NCBI RefSeq assembly: GCF_051201565.1
Contig: NZ_CP179200.1
Span: 1,230,001 to 1,262,000, forward strand
Direction of reading: 5' to 3'
Length of the DNA stretch: 32,000 nucleotides
Origin: Pseudothioglobus sp. nBUS_23
GTDB lineage: Bacteria; Pseudomonadota; Gammaproteobacteria; PS1; Pseudothioglobaceae
Shown: one piece after another, positions 1-9,754 of the stretch
Layout of the letters: each line of letters opens with the position of its first letter
How positions within the stretch are numbered: the first letter of the stretch is position 1
The notes under the pieces: model-generated
Seen by the model: the letters and a program-made list of their open reading frames with translations, nothing else
What the model was told of the DNA's origin: nothing
Databases searched by the model: none
Translations under genes and position numbers: made by a program

Positions 1-414
1 AATTGGCCTTCATTTGAAAGAAATACATCAGAGCAGTTCGAAGCCAGATTTACTGGAGTTAAAATTAACCATTCAAACTCAATACTATTTAATGGTATGC
101 AGGACTCAGTCATGCCAGTTGCCATTGCTCATGGCGAAGGTAGAGCCTCCTTCAAGTCAAAATTAGCTGAAAATAATATTACAATGCAATATGTTGACCA
201 TTCTGGAAACTCCTCTCAAATTTATCCGCATAACCCTAATGGCTCTGAAAATGCAGCTGCCGCGATCTGCGATGAATCAGGAAGGATTACAATTATGATG
301 CCTCATCCAGAGAGGGTTTTTAGAGCAGTCCAGAACTCTTGGCACCCTAATGATTGGAAAGAGCGCTCGCCATGGATGAGAATGTTTGAAAATGCCAGAG
401 CATGGATCAATTAA
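1..414 (+). CDS. purL: Phosphoribosylformylglycinamidine (FGAM) synthase, C-terminal glutamine amidotransferase end (5' partial)
   Basis: Frame 1 is open from base 1. The translation (..WPSFERNTSEQFEARF..PVAIAHGEGRA..MMPHPERVFR..WMRMFENARAWIN) matches the C-terminus of single-chain PurL. TAA at 412-414. Confidence 0.9.
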   Translation, partial: NWPSFERNTSEQFEARFTGVKINHSNSILFNGMQDSVMPVAIAHGEGRASFKSKLAENNITMQYVDHSGNSSQIYPHNPNGSENAAAAICDESGRITIMMPHPERVFRAVQNSWHPNDWKERSPWMRMFENARAWIN

Positions 415-424
415 TTACATTCAT

Positions 425-1084
425 ATGAATCCCAATAAAATCATTAGAAGCAAGCGTAAAACCCTCAGCCTCACGATTAATGAAAATGCTGAGCTCATTA
501 TTCGTGCACCTAAAAGACTCTCTATTGAAAAAATTCAAGATTTTATAAATGAAAAAGAAAACTGGATTAATAGAAAAAAAAGATTAATTGAAAATCAAAT
601 AAAAGATGTTACAAGTAATCATAACAAGCTTCTGTATTTAGGTACTCTTTTTCCAATCAATGTAGAACAGAATGCGTCAAAAGAGCTTTTTTTTACCGGT
701 GAAGAGTTTATTGCTAATTCAATAGAACCAGACTCTCTGTCATTATCTATCAAGAAATGGTACAAAAATAAATTTAAAGAGATAGCTCTGCCTAGAGTTG
801 CATACTTTGCTAATAAACATAATTTGATGGTCAACCAGGTCAGAATAAAAAACCAGAAAACTATGTGGGGATCATGCTCTTCTAAAAACAACATTAACCT
901 TAACTATCTTTTATTAATGGCTCCAATGGGTGTCATTGACTACGTCATAGTTCATGAATTAGTCCACACAATACACAGGAATCACTCTACTGACTTCTGG
1001 GACTCAGTTGAATCAATAATGCCTGAGTTTCAAGAACACAAACGCTGGCTTAAAAAAAATGGCTACAAGTTAAGAAGGATTTGA
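425..1084 (+). CDS. YgjP-like (DUF45) metal-dependent hydrolase / M48-type zinc metallopeptidase fold
   Basis: HELVHTIHRNH (HExxH) motif near the C-terminus, and the N-terminal IRSKRKTLSLTI..IIRAPKRLS pattern typical of DUF45. Start is ambiguous: ATG 425 leaves a 10-nt gap after purL, while ATG 392 or TTG 386 would overlap purL. Confidence 0.8.
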   Translation: MNPNKIIRSKRKTLSLTINENAELIIRAPKRLSIEKIQDFINEKENWINRKKRLIENQIKDVTSNHNKLLYLGTLFPINVEQNASKELFFTGEEFIANSIEPDSLSLSIKKWYKNKFKEIALPRVAYFANKHNLMVNQVRIKNQKTMWGSCSSKNNINLNYLLLMAPMGVIDYVIVHELVHTIHRNHSTDFWDSVESIMPEFQEHKRWLKKNGYKLRRI

Positions 1085-1091
1085 GAGTTAA

Positions 1092-1418
1092 TTAGCTATT
1101 AAACTTTTCAACAGCTTCTTGCATGGCATCTTTCAGGGTATCCTGCTCAGCCATTTCTATGATGATGTCTCCACCACCAACAAGTTCAGAATTGAAATAT
1201 ATTTGTGGAAAAGTTGGCCAATCAGCAAAGTCAGGTAGGCTTTGAAAGACCTCTTGATCTTCAAAAACATTGACGTAAGCAAACTCTACACCAGTAGAGG
1301 CAAGTGTTTGAGAGGCTCTAGCAGAGAAACCACACTGAGGGAATTGTGGAGTACCTTTCATGTAAATGACAATTGCTGCGCTATCGACTTGCTTTTGAAT
1401 TTTTTCTAATACTTCCAA
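1092..1418 (-). CDS. grxD: Monothiol glutaredoxin (Grx4 family)
   Basis: CGFS active site with full-length similarity to GrxD (..YMKGTPQFPQCGFS..WPTFPQIY..ELVGGGDI). TTG start at 1418 preceded by a GGAGAAG SD 7 nt upstream. Confidence 0.93.
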   Translation of the reverse strand: MEVLEKIQKQVDSAAIVIYMKGTPQFPQCGFSARASQTLASTGVEFAYVNVFEDQEVFQSLPDFADWPTFPQIYFNSELVGGGDIIIEMAEQDTLKDAMQEAVEKFNS

Positions 1419-1487
1419 TTTACTTCTCCGATTTTTTTTTGTTATTTTAATCTAGTATTTAAATCACTGTACACAATCATTCAAGAA

Positions 1488-2078
1488 TTATTGTTTTACA
1501 GCTTGCGAAATAATGTATTTTTGCCCTTGCTTAATTTTTTTATAATTACCGAAAACTGACTTAAAGTTACTCTTAATGAAATCTTTCAGCCCATTGATTG
1601 TAACAACTGTAATTTTGCCACCTGACTCAAGGGCGTCAAAGGCATCATAAAGTATGATTGAAAGCTGCTCTCTTCCAACCTTTGCAGGAATATTTGAAAT
1701 AATTTGACTAAACTTTATCTCACTTGGGACGTGCGTAAACGCATCTGAGAGATATGCTTTTGCGTTAACAATACCATTTCTCTTTGCATTTTCATTTGCA
1801 AGCTCAACAGCAATAAAATCCTTGTCTACCATGTGTACTTGGCCCTTATGGCATTGTCGAGCTAAAGCAAGACCAATGGGGCCATAACCACACCCTAAAT
1901 CTAAACATACATCACCCTCATCAGCACTGATATATTTCATGAGTAAAAGAGTTCCATCATCAATTGATCGTGGACTAAAGACTCCCCATCGTGTATGCAA
2001 ATTTAATTTCGTACCCAATAACTCAACATCTAAAATAATGTCTTTTTTGAGCTTTGAAATATCTTTTCTTTCAAACAT
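1488..2078 (-). CDS. Class I SAM-dependent methyltransferase, MTS (RsmC/RlmG/MJ0882-like) domain
   Basis: LDLGCGYGPIG SAM-binding motif I, with GVFSPRSIDDGTLLL upstream as in MTS-domain enzymes. Motif IV reads IISNIPAKVG rather than the usual NPPF/NPPI. Confidence 0.75.
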   Translation of the reverse strand: MFERKDISKLKKDIILDVELLGTKLNLHTRWGVFSPRSIDDGTLLLMKYISADEGDVCLDLGCGYGPIGLALARQCHKGQVHMVDKDFIAVELANENAKRNGIVNAKAYLSDAFTHVPSEIKFSQIISNIPAKVGREQLSIILYDAFDALESGGKITVVTINGLKDFIKSNFKSVFGNYKKIKQGQKYIISQAVKQ

Positions 2079-2099
2079 TTAAACCTTTTCAAATAAATA

Positions 2100-3032
2100 T
2101 TACCTGTGTTTATTTTTTACAACGATAGCGTCATCTCCAATATGCTCTTCGCCTCTCTTTTTAGCTAGCTGAACTTGTTTTTCTCTTTCTCTATAGCGCC
2201 TTAACTGGTCTGAATTTTTGGTTCCAAAACATCTTGGGCATGATGCTCCTTTCTCATAATGAGGATGCTTAGTGTCCTCTTCAGTAATTGGAAATCGACA
2301 TGCGTGACACTGATCATATTGACCTTGCTCTAAATTATGTTTAACCGCAACCCTGTCATCAAAAACAAAGCACTCTCCTTCCCATAAGCTCTCTTCCTCT
2401 TTAACCTCTTCAAGATATTTAAGAATACCACCCTGCAGGTGAAAAACATTTTCATAGCCCTTAGACTTGAGATAGGCTGTAGATTTTTCGCATCGAATAC
2501 CCCCAGTACAAAACATTGCAATTTTCTTGTTTCGATACTTCTCAAGAGTATTTTTTGTAAAACTTGGAAATTCTCTAAAAGTCTCAGTATTAGGGTTGAT
2601 AGCGCCCTGAAAGCTACCAATTTCATATTCATAGTTGTTTCGAGTATCAATTAATACGACATCGGGATCATTGATTAAATTATTCCAGTCTTTTGGCTTC
2701 ACGTATGTCCCAACTGAATGGGTTGGGTCTATTTCTGTTAAGCCCATGGTTACTATTTCTTTTTTTAATTTAACCTTAAGTCTTCTAAATGGAATTTTTT
2801 TACTATATGAAAATTTGTATTCAAGACCATGAAATCTCTCATCAGCTTGCAAATAGTCAAGAACATTTTCAAGACTCTCTTTGCTTCCTGAAATAGTTCC
2901 ATTAATGCCCTCTCTGGCTAGCAAAAGAGTGCCCTTAACTGACAACGAATCTAGAAATGACCTCAGAGGTTTCTGAATATCCTCAAAATCATCAAGTCTA
3001 GTAAACTTATATAAAGCACAAATGGCATGCAT
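2100..3032 (-). CDS. trhO: Rhodanese-domain protein YceA/TrhO (tRNA uridine-34 hydroxylase, UPF0176)
   Basis: Rhodanese active-site loop CTGGIRCEK and a C-terminal Cys cluster (CHACRFP..CPRC). Length and layout fit YceA/TrhO. Confidence 0.85.
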   Translation of the reverse strand: MHAICALYKFTRLDDFEDIQKPLRSFLDSLSVKGTLLLAREGINGTISGSKESLENVLDYLQADERFHGLEYKFSYSKKIPFRRLKVKLKKEIVTMGLTEIDPTHSVGTYVKPKDWNNLINDPDVVLIDTRNNYEYEIGSFQGAINPNTETFREFPSFTKNTLEKYRNKKIAMFCTGGIRCEKSTAYLKSKGYENVFHLQGGILKYLEEVKEEESLWEGECFVFDDRVAVKHNLEQGQYDQCHACRFPITEEDTKHPHYEKGASCPRCFGTKNSDQLRRYREREKQVQLAKKRGEEHIGDDAIVVKNKHR

Positions 3033-3209
3033 TTTTCAGAGACACTAAGCTAAAAATTTTTAATTTTACTTGCCATATCAAAAGATATAAGCTTAATTAG
3101 GGCTCTAATAATCATAAAAACTCCATTAGTGCTTCACTTTAATTTATATTGAGAAGTGTATAATTCGACTCTTTCTTGTGATTCTAGAATAATAATTAAA
3201 TCTTCTGCA

Positions 3210-5015
3210 ATGATATTAGATCAAATTCAAACTCCAGTTGATATAAAAAACCTGAGCATCGATGAGCTAAATACTCTTGCTGAGGAAATTAAAGTTTTTT
3301 TAATTGAAAGTATTGAAAAAACTGGAGGTCATCTAAGCTCAAATCTTGGAACAATTGAATTAACCTTGGCGATGCATTATGTTTTTGATAGCCCAAATGA
3401 TACTTTTGTATGGGATGTTGGACACCAAGCCTACACTCATAAAGTTCTAACTGGAAGAAAAAGTATGATGTCTACACTGAGGCAAAAAGACGGTTTATCA
3501 GGCTTTACAAAAAGAAGTGAGAGCGAGCATGACGTCTTTGGCGCAGGACACTCATCTACCTCCATAAGTGCTGCCTTAGGAATTGCTTTTGCAAATAAAC
3601 TCAATGATAACTCAGATACCTCTATTGCAATTATTGGTGATGGTGCACTCACTGGTGGCATGTCATTTGAGGCACTGAACCATGCAGGTGATACGGATAC
3701 TAATCTATTAATCATTCTTAATGATAATGATATGTCAATCTCCAAGAATGTTGGGGCTCTCAGTAAATACTTAACGAGACTGATTTCAGGAAAGATCTAC
3801 TCAACAATGAAATCTAAATCACTTGAATTTTTAGAGCGCTTGCCTCGCATTCAAAAATTTGCGAAGCGTTCAGAAGAGCATTTAAAAGGGATGATTCTTC
3901 CAGGAACTCTTTTTGAAGAATTAGGTGTAGACTACTTTGGGCCAATTGATGGACATGACATATCAATCTTAATCAAGACTTTAGAAAACTTAAAGAATCT
4001 TAAAAAACCTAGAATCCTTCATATCATTACAAAGAAGGGTCATGGTCTAGAAGAGGCTGAAGAGAATCCACTGAAATTTCATGGCATATCTCCACCTTCA
4101 GTGTCAACAAATAATTTCCCAAGCTATAGCAGTGTTTTTGGAAGATGGCTTTGTAATTCTGCCAAAGTTGATGAAAAAATCATAGGCATAACTCCAGCAA
4201 TGTCAGAAGGATCAGGAATGGTTGAATTTGCCAATGAATTTCCTGAGCGCTTTGTTGATGTTGCAATTGCAGAACAACACGCAGTAACTTTGGCAGGTGG
4301 AATGGCTGCAAAGGGACTAAAACCGATAGTTGCAATCTATTCAACCTTTTTGCAACGAGGTTATGATCAGTTCATTCATGATATTGCACTGCAAAATTTA
4401 AATGTTACTTTTGCTATAGACAGAGCTGGACTTGTAGGGGCTGATGGAGCGACTCATGCTGGAATTTTTGATTTGAGTTTCTTGAGATGTATACCCAATA
4501 TTACTATCATCGCTCCGAGTTCATCAATTGAAATGTATAAAGCTCTTAATTTTGCAAACCGCTTAGAAGGACCGGTTTGTGTAAGATTTCCAAGAGGAAA
4601 GTCCAGTGTGGAAGACTTTGTTACTGACTCTGGATTTGAGTTAGGCAAAGGCGAAATTGTACGAACGGGACAAGATACTTCCATTTTTGCTTTTGGAAAT
4701 ATGCTCGAAGCCGCCATTGAAGCTTCAGAGAAGATTAATGCAACTGTTGTGGATATGAGGTTTGTAAAGCCATTAGATGAAGAGTTGATACTAAAAATTG
4801 CAAATCAGTCTAAAACTCTCATTTCTATAGAAGACAATACTTTAAATGGTGGAGCTGGAAGCGCCATCAATGAGCTATTACAAAAAAATAACATTAAAAC
4901 AAACCTTCATATACTGGGTGTTCCTGACAAAGTTACCGATCACGGGACACAATCTGAACTTTATGAACTATATGGTTTGACTGCAGAGAGAATTATTGAG
5001 GTCTCAAAGAACTAA
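3210..5015 (+). CDS. dxs: 1-deoxy-D-xylulose-5-phosphate synthase
   Basis: GHSSTSISAALG and the TPP-binding IGDGALTGGMSFEALNHAG..NDN motifs, with transketolase-like C-terminal domains. The ORF track starts at GTG 3156. ATG 3210 (MILDQIQTPVDIKNLS..) fits Dxs N-termini, and a perfect TATAAT at 3159-3164 overlaps the GTG. Confidence 0.95.
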   Translation: MILDQIQTPVDIKNLSIDELNTLAEEIKVFLIESIEKTGGHLSSNLGTIELTLAMHYVFDSPNDTFVWDVGHQAYTHKVLTGRKSMMSTLRQKDGLSGFTKRSESEHDVFGAGHSSTSISAALGIAFANKLNDNSDTSIAIIGDGALTGGMSFEALNHAGDTDTNLLIILNDNDMSISKNVGALSKYLTRLISGKIYSTMKSKSLEFLERLPRIQKFAKRSEEHLKGMILPGTLFEELGVDYFGPIDGHDISILIKTLENLKNLKKPRILHIITKKGHGLEEAEENPLKFHGISPPSVSTNNFPSYSSVFGRWLCNSAKVDEKIIGITPAMSEGSGMVEFANEFPERFVDVAIAEQHAVTLAGGMAAKGLKPIVAIYSTFLQRGYDQFIHDIALQNLNVTFAIDRAGLVGADGATHAGIFDLSFLRCIPNITIIAPSSSIEMYKALNFANRLEGPVCVRFPRGKSSVEDFVTDSGFELGKGEIVRTGQDTSIFAFGNMLEAAIEASEKINATVVDMRFVKPLDEELILKIANQSKTLISIEDNTLNGGAGSAINELLQKNNIKTNLHILGVPDKVTDHGTQSELYELYGLTAERIIEVSKN

Positions 5016-5500
5016 TGAGAGAAACACTAAAAAAATACAGTCCAAAACCTGAAAATATTAATCTTGGCTGGTTTAATAAACATTTAACGAATCCTGAAAT
5101 TTGGAAATGGAATAAAAAAACGATTTCAAGGGCGTTTGCTATTGGACTTTTTTTTGCATTTATTCCGCTTCCAATGCATACTTTACTTGTGGCAATTTTC
5201 GCAGTATTTTTTTCCGCAAACATTCTTCTCTCAGTTCTTGTGGTTTGGATTAATAACCCAATTACAATGGTTCCTTTTTATTTCTTTACTTATAAATTAG
5301 GTGCCTCCATTATGGGTATTGAAATGGACCCAGAGTTTGAATTTACATTTTCATACATTATGCAAAATTTTGGAAATGCTACGTTAGCATTTTGGGTTGG
5401 CGGACTAATTACATCGACCATTACTGCGGTTGCAGGTTATTACTCAATTATAGCTATCTACAAATATAAAGCATTCAAGAGGGTTAGACGTTGGAAATAG
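5015..5500 (+). CDS. DUF2062-family integral membrane protein
   Basis: N-terminal ..[36 protein letters not shown].. followed by several hydrophobic segments resembles DUF2062. ATG overlaps the last base of the dxs TAA (TAATG). Confidence 0.7.
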   Translation: MRETLKKYSPKPENINLGWFNKHLTNPEIWKWNKKTISRAFAIGLFFAFIPLPMHTLLVAIFAVFFSANILLSVLVVWINNPITMVPFYFFTYKLGASIMGIEMDPEFEFTFSYIMQNFGNATLAFWVGGLITSTITAVAGYYSIIAIYKYKAFKRVRRWK

Positions 5501-6566
5501 GTATTCGCCTTCTAATTTGCATTTCAAGAGTATCAACTAAAGATTCGTTATTGACCTTACTGTGAGTTTTGCCATCTATATACAATAAGTTCGGTGAACC
5601 GCCAGTAAGTCCCACACTGACCTCTTTAGCCTCTCCAGGGCCATTGACTACGCATCCAATCACAGCTACATCAATTGATTCAGTAACATCCTCAAGGCGG
5701 GACTCTAGCTCATTAACTACAGAAATGACATCAAATTTTTGTCTAGAGCATGAAGGACAAGCAATTAAGTTCACACCTTTTTTTCTTAAGTGGAGTGATT
5801 TTAAAATATCAAAACCAACTTTAACCTCATTCACAGGATCCGATGCGAGCGATACGCGAATTGTATCTCCTATACCTTCACTTAATAACATACCCATTCC
5901 AATTGAAGATTTAACAGCACCCGATCGAAAAGATCCAGCCTCAGTAATACCTAAATGAAGTGGATTGTCAATTTGCGAAGCAAGTTGGCGATAAGCAAAT
6001 ACTGTCATAAAAACTTCAGATGCCTTTAGTGACACTTTGAAATTATCAAAATTCAACCTATTTAAAATATCAATGTGCCTAAAGGCTGACTCTACCATTG
6101 CTTCAGGAGTCGGCTCAGTATATTTCTTCTGCAAATCTTTCTCAAGAGACCCTGCGTTAACTCCTACTCTGATAGGAATCCCATTATCTTTTGCAGATGC
6201 AACAACCTCTCTAACTCGATCTTCTTTACCAATATTTCCAGGGTTAATTCTCAGACAATCAGAACCGTATTCTGCCACTTTCAAAGCTATTTTGTAATCA
6301 AAATGAATGTCAGTAATTAATGGCAAGTTGACAGATTTTTTAATTTTTTTAAAGGCTTCAGCAGCCTCCATAGTTGGTATTGACACCCTGACTATGTCAG
6401 CACCAGCCTCTTCAAGGGAAATTATTTGAGCGACAGTAGAATCAACATCGCAAGTATCTGTATTTGTCATGCTTTGTACACTAATCGGAGCATCTCCACC
6501 TATGGCAACATCACCGACAAATATCTGCCTAGAAACTCGTCTTTTAATTTTGTGTATTTGCTTCAT
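5484..6566 (-). CDS. ispG: 4-hydroxy-3-methylbut-2-enyl diphosphate synthase (flavodoxin)
   Basis: Full-length similarity to IspG/GcpE (..[15 protein letters not shown].., CPSCSR and GCVVNGPGE Fe-S ligand motifs). Confidence 0.95.
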   Translation of the reverse strand: MKQIHKIKRRVSRQIFVGDVAIGGDAPISVQSMTNTDTCDVDSTVAQIISLEEAGADIVRVSIPTMEAAEAFKKIKKSVNLPLITDIHFDYKIALKVAEYGSDCLRINPGNIGKEDRVREVVASAKDNGIPIRVGVNAGSLEKDLQKKYTEPTPEAMVESAFRHIDILNRLNFDNFKVSLKASEVFMTVFAYRQLASQIDNPLHLGITEAGSFRSGAVKSSIGMGMLLSEGIGDTIRVSLASDPVNEVKVGFDILKSLHLRKKGVNLIACPSCSRQKFDVISVVNELESRLEDVTESIDVAVIGCVVNGPGEAKEVSVGLTGGSPNLLYIDGKTHSKVNNESLVDTLEMQIRRRIPISNV

Positions 6567-6837
6567 AATTGCTTACAACCTCATCTAGACTCTCTACATT
6601 ACTCTCTATTAATTTGGGAGCAATTGGCTCGTTAGAGTCTTCAACAACTTTTTTTTCATCTTCAACATATTCAGGGGGCTTACTGATGATAATTGTGCTT
6701 GATTTACTTTCACTTAAATCTAAATTCTGAAGATAATACCACAGACTGATTAGAGCCAAGAAAAACAATAAGAGTCCGATTAATTTTCCAAAAGATCTTT
6801 TTTTCTTTTTTGGGTAGTAATCAATTCCGTCCAACAT
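6544..6837 (-). CDS. Small single-pass membrane protein (hypothetical; occupies the RodZ slot between rlmN and ispG)
   Basis: Basic stretch KKKKRSFGK followed by one clear TM helix ([18 protein letters not shown]) and an acidic tail. Overlaps rlmN by 17 nt and ispG by 23 nt, so it looks operonic. No recognisable domain. Confidence 0.5.
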   Translation of the reverse strand: MLDGIDYYPKKKKRSFGKLIGLLLFFLALISLWYYLQNLDLSESKSSTIIISKPPEYVEDEKKVVEDSNEPIAPKLIESNVESLDEVVSNYEANTQN

Positions 6838-7903
6838 TTCTTCTACTCTTGTCTATTACTTTTCCAGCCAGTTGACCGCATGCAGCATCCACGTCATCAC
6901 CTCTGGTTCTTCTTGTAGTTGTGCGAATACCTGATCGGTGCAGGATATCTTGAAATTTATCTATAGATTTATTATTGGACGTTTTATATTGAGTTTCTGG
7001 AAATGGATTGAAAGGAATCAAATTCACTTTAGCTGATTCTCGATCAAACCAAAAGTTCAACAGCTTTGAAAGTGTTTTAGCATTTTCTACAGAATCATTT
7101 ACATTTTCTAACATCACATATTCAAAAAGAATATGCCTCTCCTGAGACCCAGCATTCAGATAATAATGGCACGCTTTCATTAATTCTTTTATTGGGTATT
7201 TCTTATTTATTGGAACCAGTATATCTCTTAATTCATCTTCAGGTGCATGCAAAGAAATAGCTAGACTAACTGGAACTGTATCCGACATTCTTAGAAGTGC
7301 AGGAACAATTCCTGAGGACGAGACCGTAACTCGTCTTCTTGATAGTCCAAAAGCCCAATCATCTAATAGAATCTGACAAGCATCGTAAACAGGTGATTCA
7401 TTTAATAATGGCTCCCCCATTCCCATAAAAACTACATTAGAGATGCGTTTATTTTCTTGAGCTAAATAATTTTTAGCAACTAAAACCTGACCAATAATCT
7501 CATGAGTTTTTAGGTTCCTGTTAAAGCCTTGATGCCCTGTTGAGCAAAAAGTACACGCAAGTGAGCAGCCAACTTGTGAAGAAATACAAAGAGTTCCTCT
7601 TTCTTTTTGAGGAATATAAACGGTCTCAATATGATTATTTTCACCAAGCTTTATGACCCATTTGACAACCCCATCCTTTGAATTATTTGTTGAAATAACT
7701 TCAGGCAAATCTAGAGAGGCTATTGAGTCAAGCTTATCTCTAAGGGCCTTTGAAAAGTTATGCATATCACCAAAGTTATAAACCCCTTGGTGATAGATCC
7801 ATTGCATAATTTGTTTTGTACGAAAGGGCTTTTCACTCAAGTCTGAAAAAAAATCCTTAAACTTACTTTGAGTTAGTCCGAGTAAGTTTTGTTTTTCTAA
7901 CAT
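6821..7903 (-). CDS. rlmN: 23S rRNA m2A2503 / tRNA m2A37 methyltransferase (radical SAM)
   Basis: Radical-SAM CSLACTFCSTG motif with full-length RlmN-like sequence (..FRTKQIMQWIY.., ..MGMGEPL.., ..AACGQL..). Confidence 0.95.
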   Translation of the reverse strand: MLEKQNLLGLTQSKFKDFFSDLSEKPFRTKQIMQWIYHQGVYNFGDMHNFSKALRDKLDSIASLDLPEVISTNNSKDGVVKWVIKLGENNHIETVYIPQKERGTLCISSQVGCSLACTFCSTGHQGFNRNLKTHEIIGQVLVAKNYLAQENKRISNVVFMGMGEPLLNESPVYDACQILLDDWAFGLSRRRVTVSSSGIVPALLRMSDTVPVSLAISLHAPEDELRDILVPINKKYPIKELMKACHYYLNAGSQERHILFEYVMLENVNDSVENAKTLSKLLNFWFDRESAKVNLIPFNPFPETQYKTSNNKSIDKFQDILHRSGIRTTTRRTRGDDVDAACGQLAGKVIDKSRRNVGRN

Positions 7904-7919
7904 GAGGATGATCTAATAT

Positions 7920-8345
7920 CTATCGCGTTCTAGGGCAGACACCCTTATCACCAAAGAAATAGGCAATCTCTATGGCTGCATTTTCCAATGAGTCTGAACC
8001 ATGAACAGCATTTTCATCTAAAGACTCTGCAAAATCTGCTCTAATAGTTCCTGCATCAGCCTCTTTTGGATTTGTTGCACCCATGATCTCACGATGCTTT
8101 GCAACAGCATTTTCACCTTCTAAAACTTGAACCATTACAGGGCCTGAAGTCATAAAAGTCATTAGGTCATTAAAGAAAGGTCTGTCCTTATGAACAGCAT
8201 AAAAACCTCCAGCCATTTCTTGATCTAAATGTATCATTTTAGATGCCACAATTCTAAATCCAGCATTTTCAAATCTTGAGTAAATTTGACCGATGACATT
8301 TTTAGCTACGGCGTCTGGCTTAATTATTGATAAAGTTTGCTCCAT
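7920..8345 (-). CDS. ndk: Nucleoside-diphosphate kinase
   Basis: ..[10 protein letters not shown].. and the NAVHGSDS active-site His. The track ORF begins at TTG 8351. ATG 8345 sits 6 nt after a GGAGA SD and is preferred. Confidence 0.93.
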   Translation of the reverse strand: MEQTLSIIKPDAVAKNVIGQIYSRFENAGFRIVASKMIHLDQEMAGGFYAVHKDRPFFNDLMTFMTSGPVMVQVLEGENAVAKHREIMGATNPKEADAGTIRADFAESLDENAVHGSDSLENAAIEIAYFFGDKGVCPRTR

Positions 8346-8375
8346 GGACAATCTCCAATTATTTAAAAAGCCGGT

Positions 8376-8402
8376 ATTTTACCATGCAGATAGTTATTTC
8401 AA
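8376..8402 (-). promoter_or_regulatory. Candidate sigma70 promoter for the ndk-rlmN-small ORF-ispG operon
   Basis: Minus strand reads TTGAAA, then 15 nt, then TGgTAAAAT (extended -10 with a short spacer), about 30 nt upstream of ndk. Sequence pattern only. Confidence 0.35.
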
Positions 8403-8446
8403 CGGTTTATGCAGAGATGAGTCGACAAATTCAAAGTCAAAATATT

Positions 8447-9754
8447 TTATAAATTTTTTCTTCTACGATAGTTATCAAATTTATCGTAGACTTTAAAGTA
8501 AGCACTCGCAATTGGAAGAAACCAAGGAGAACCATAATAATATGGGCGAGTCTGTAATGATGTGCTCTCGAATACAGTTACTTTTTTATCTGGCTCTAGA
8601 ATCTTTAATGCTGCCATGTGACCTAGGTAAGGAGCCATAGCTACACCATTGCCACAATAGCCCATTGCAGAATATATTCCATCATAACACCCCAAGTTAG
8701 GAATCATACTAAAACTAAAGCCAGTAAAACCTGTCCAGCAGTGACTTATATCAACTCCATCCAACTCAGGAAAAATCTCAGATAATGTTTTTTTAAGTAT
8801 TGGAAGTGCTTTTTCAGCTGGCATGGAATGCATAGCTGCTCTTGTTCCAATCATTATCCTTTTTCCGCATGGAGTTGGCCGATAATAACAATAGCGCTTT
8901 CTTGTTTCTACTATGCAATGACCTCCTGGTATTAATGAGTTTACTCTGTCTACTCCAATCTCTTCGGTAGTTATAATAAAGCTAGGTACTGGCAAGATTC
9001 TTCTAGATAAATATTTTGAAAGAGAAGATCGAGTGTATCCGTTGGTTGCTATCAAAACATCCTTACAACTTATGAATTCATTTGCAACGGAAACAACAAA
9101 GCCAGCTCCTTGATTCCCTGATAATGGAGTGATTTGATTTACTGGCATATTTCCAAAAACCTTTGCGCCAGATTGTATGGCCAGCTCATAGAGACCATAA
9201 TGAAACTTTCGAGGCTGGACTGAGCCATGGTCTTCATAATACTGACCTCCAAAATATAACTCAGTTTTAATTGATTCAGACATTGTCGAAGAATCAATCA
9301 TTTTAGAATTAAAATTATCAATAGCTTTTAATTTTTTTAGATTCTCAGACATGCTTAATTGATCCTGAGGCACCCATGATGTCCTTAATCGCCCACAAAT
9401 CTGAAGATCACAATCAATATTGTTTGCTTGAATTAAATTTGTAGTAAAAGCGAGAGACGCATTTGCTTCTTTATGGATTTGTCCAGCAACATCTATTCCA
9501 TATTTTTCTTCTGCCTGTTGTGGTGAAACTTTATGTCCTGATCCCAACATCCCACCATTTCTTGTGCTTGCACCAAAACCTAACTCAACTGAGTCAAAAA
9601 CAACAACTGAAACTCCAGATTTTGCTAAAGTAATTGCCGCACTTAAACCAGTAAATCCTGCACCAACAATTACTACATCTGCATTCTTTGGCATACTGTT
9701 ACTCTCTAGATAGTGTGGCTGCCCTTCCCACCAATAAGGAGTGAATTTAGTCAT
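8447..9754 (-). CDS. FAD-dependent oxidoreductase (DAO family, PuuB/OrdL-like amine oxidoreductase)
   Basis: N-terminal Rossmann dinucleotide motif VVIVGAGFTGLSAA. Size (435 aa) and overall pattern fit DAO-family enzymes. Substrate not inferable. Confidence 0.85.
   Translation of the reverse strand: MTKFTPYWWEGQPHYLESNSMPKNADVVIVGAGFTGLSAAITLAKSGVSVVVFDSVELGFGASTRNGGMLGSGHKVSPQQAEEKYGIDVAGQIHKEANASLAFTTNLIQANNIDCDLQICGRLRTSWVPQDQLSMSENLKKLKAIDNFNSKMIDSSTMSESIKTELYFGGQYYEDHGSVQPRKFHYGLYELAIQSGAKVFGNMPVNQITPLSGNQGAGFVVSVANEFISCKDVLIATNGYTRSSLSKYLSRRILPVPSFIITTEEIGVDRVNSLIPGGHCIVETRKRYCYYRPTPCGKRIMIGTRAAMHSMPAEKALPILKKTLSEIFPELDGVDISHCWTGFTGFSFSMIPNLGCYDGIYSAMGYCGNGVAMAPYLGHMAALKILEPDKKVTVFESTSLQTRPYYYGSPWFLPIASAYFKVYDKFDNYRRRKNL

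Noticed and set aside
619-894. Antisense or out-of-frame ORFs in the six-frame track that lie within well-supported genes. Examples: 619-894, 2330-2650, 2439-2654, 2635-2832, 3437-3745, 4454-4717, 4993-5223, 5569-5958, 6037-6297, 6426-6635, 8293-8496, 10258-10521, 12664-12849, 12887-13072, 13869-14066, 14381-14927, 16403-16765, 17121-17321, 17607-17840, 18294-18485, 20561-21637, 22491-22946, 24547-24756, 25715-26038, 29361-29555, 30317-30505, 31672-31928.
   Set aside because: Each is fully embedded in, or opposite to, a gene with strong homology-type evidence. None has a recognisable motif, and their compositions are typical of shadow ORFs in AT-rich DNA.
3156-3209. Longer N-terminal extensions offered by the ORF track: dxs GTG 3156, hupB ATG 11283, smpB 11993, rluE 12317, asnB 15912, ndk TTG 8351 and ygjP-like TTG 386.
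   Set aside because: The extensions add non-conserved residues ahead of N-termini that match known family starts. In several cases they overlap an SD or -10 element (hupB, ndk, dxs). For asnB the catalytic Cys must be residue 2.
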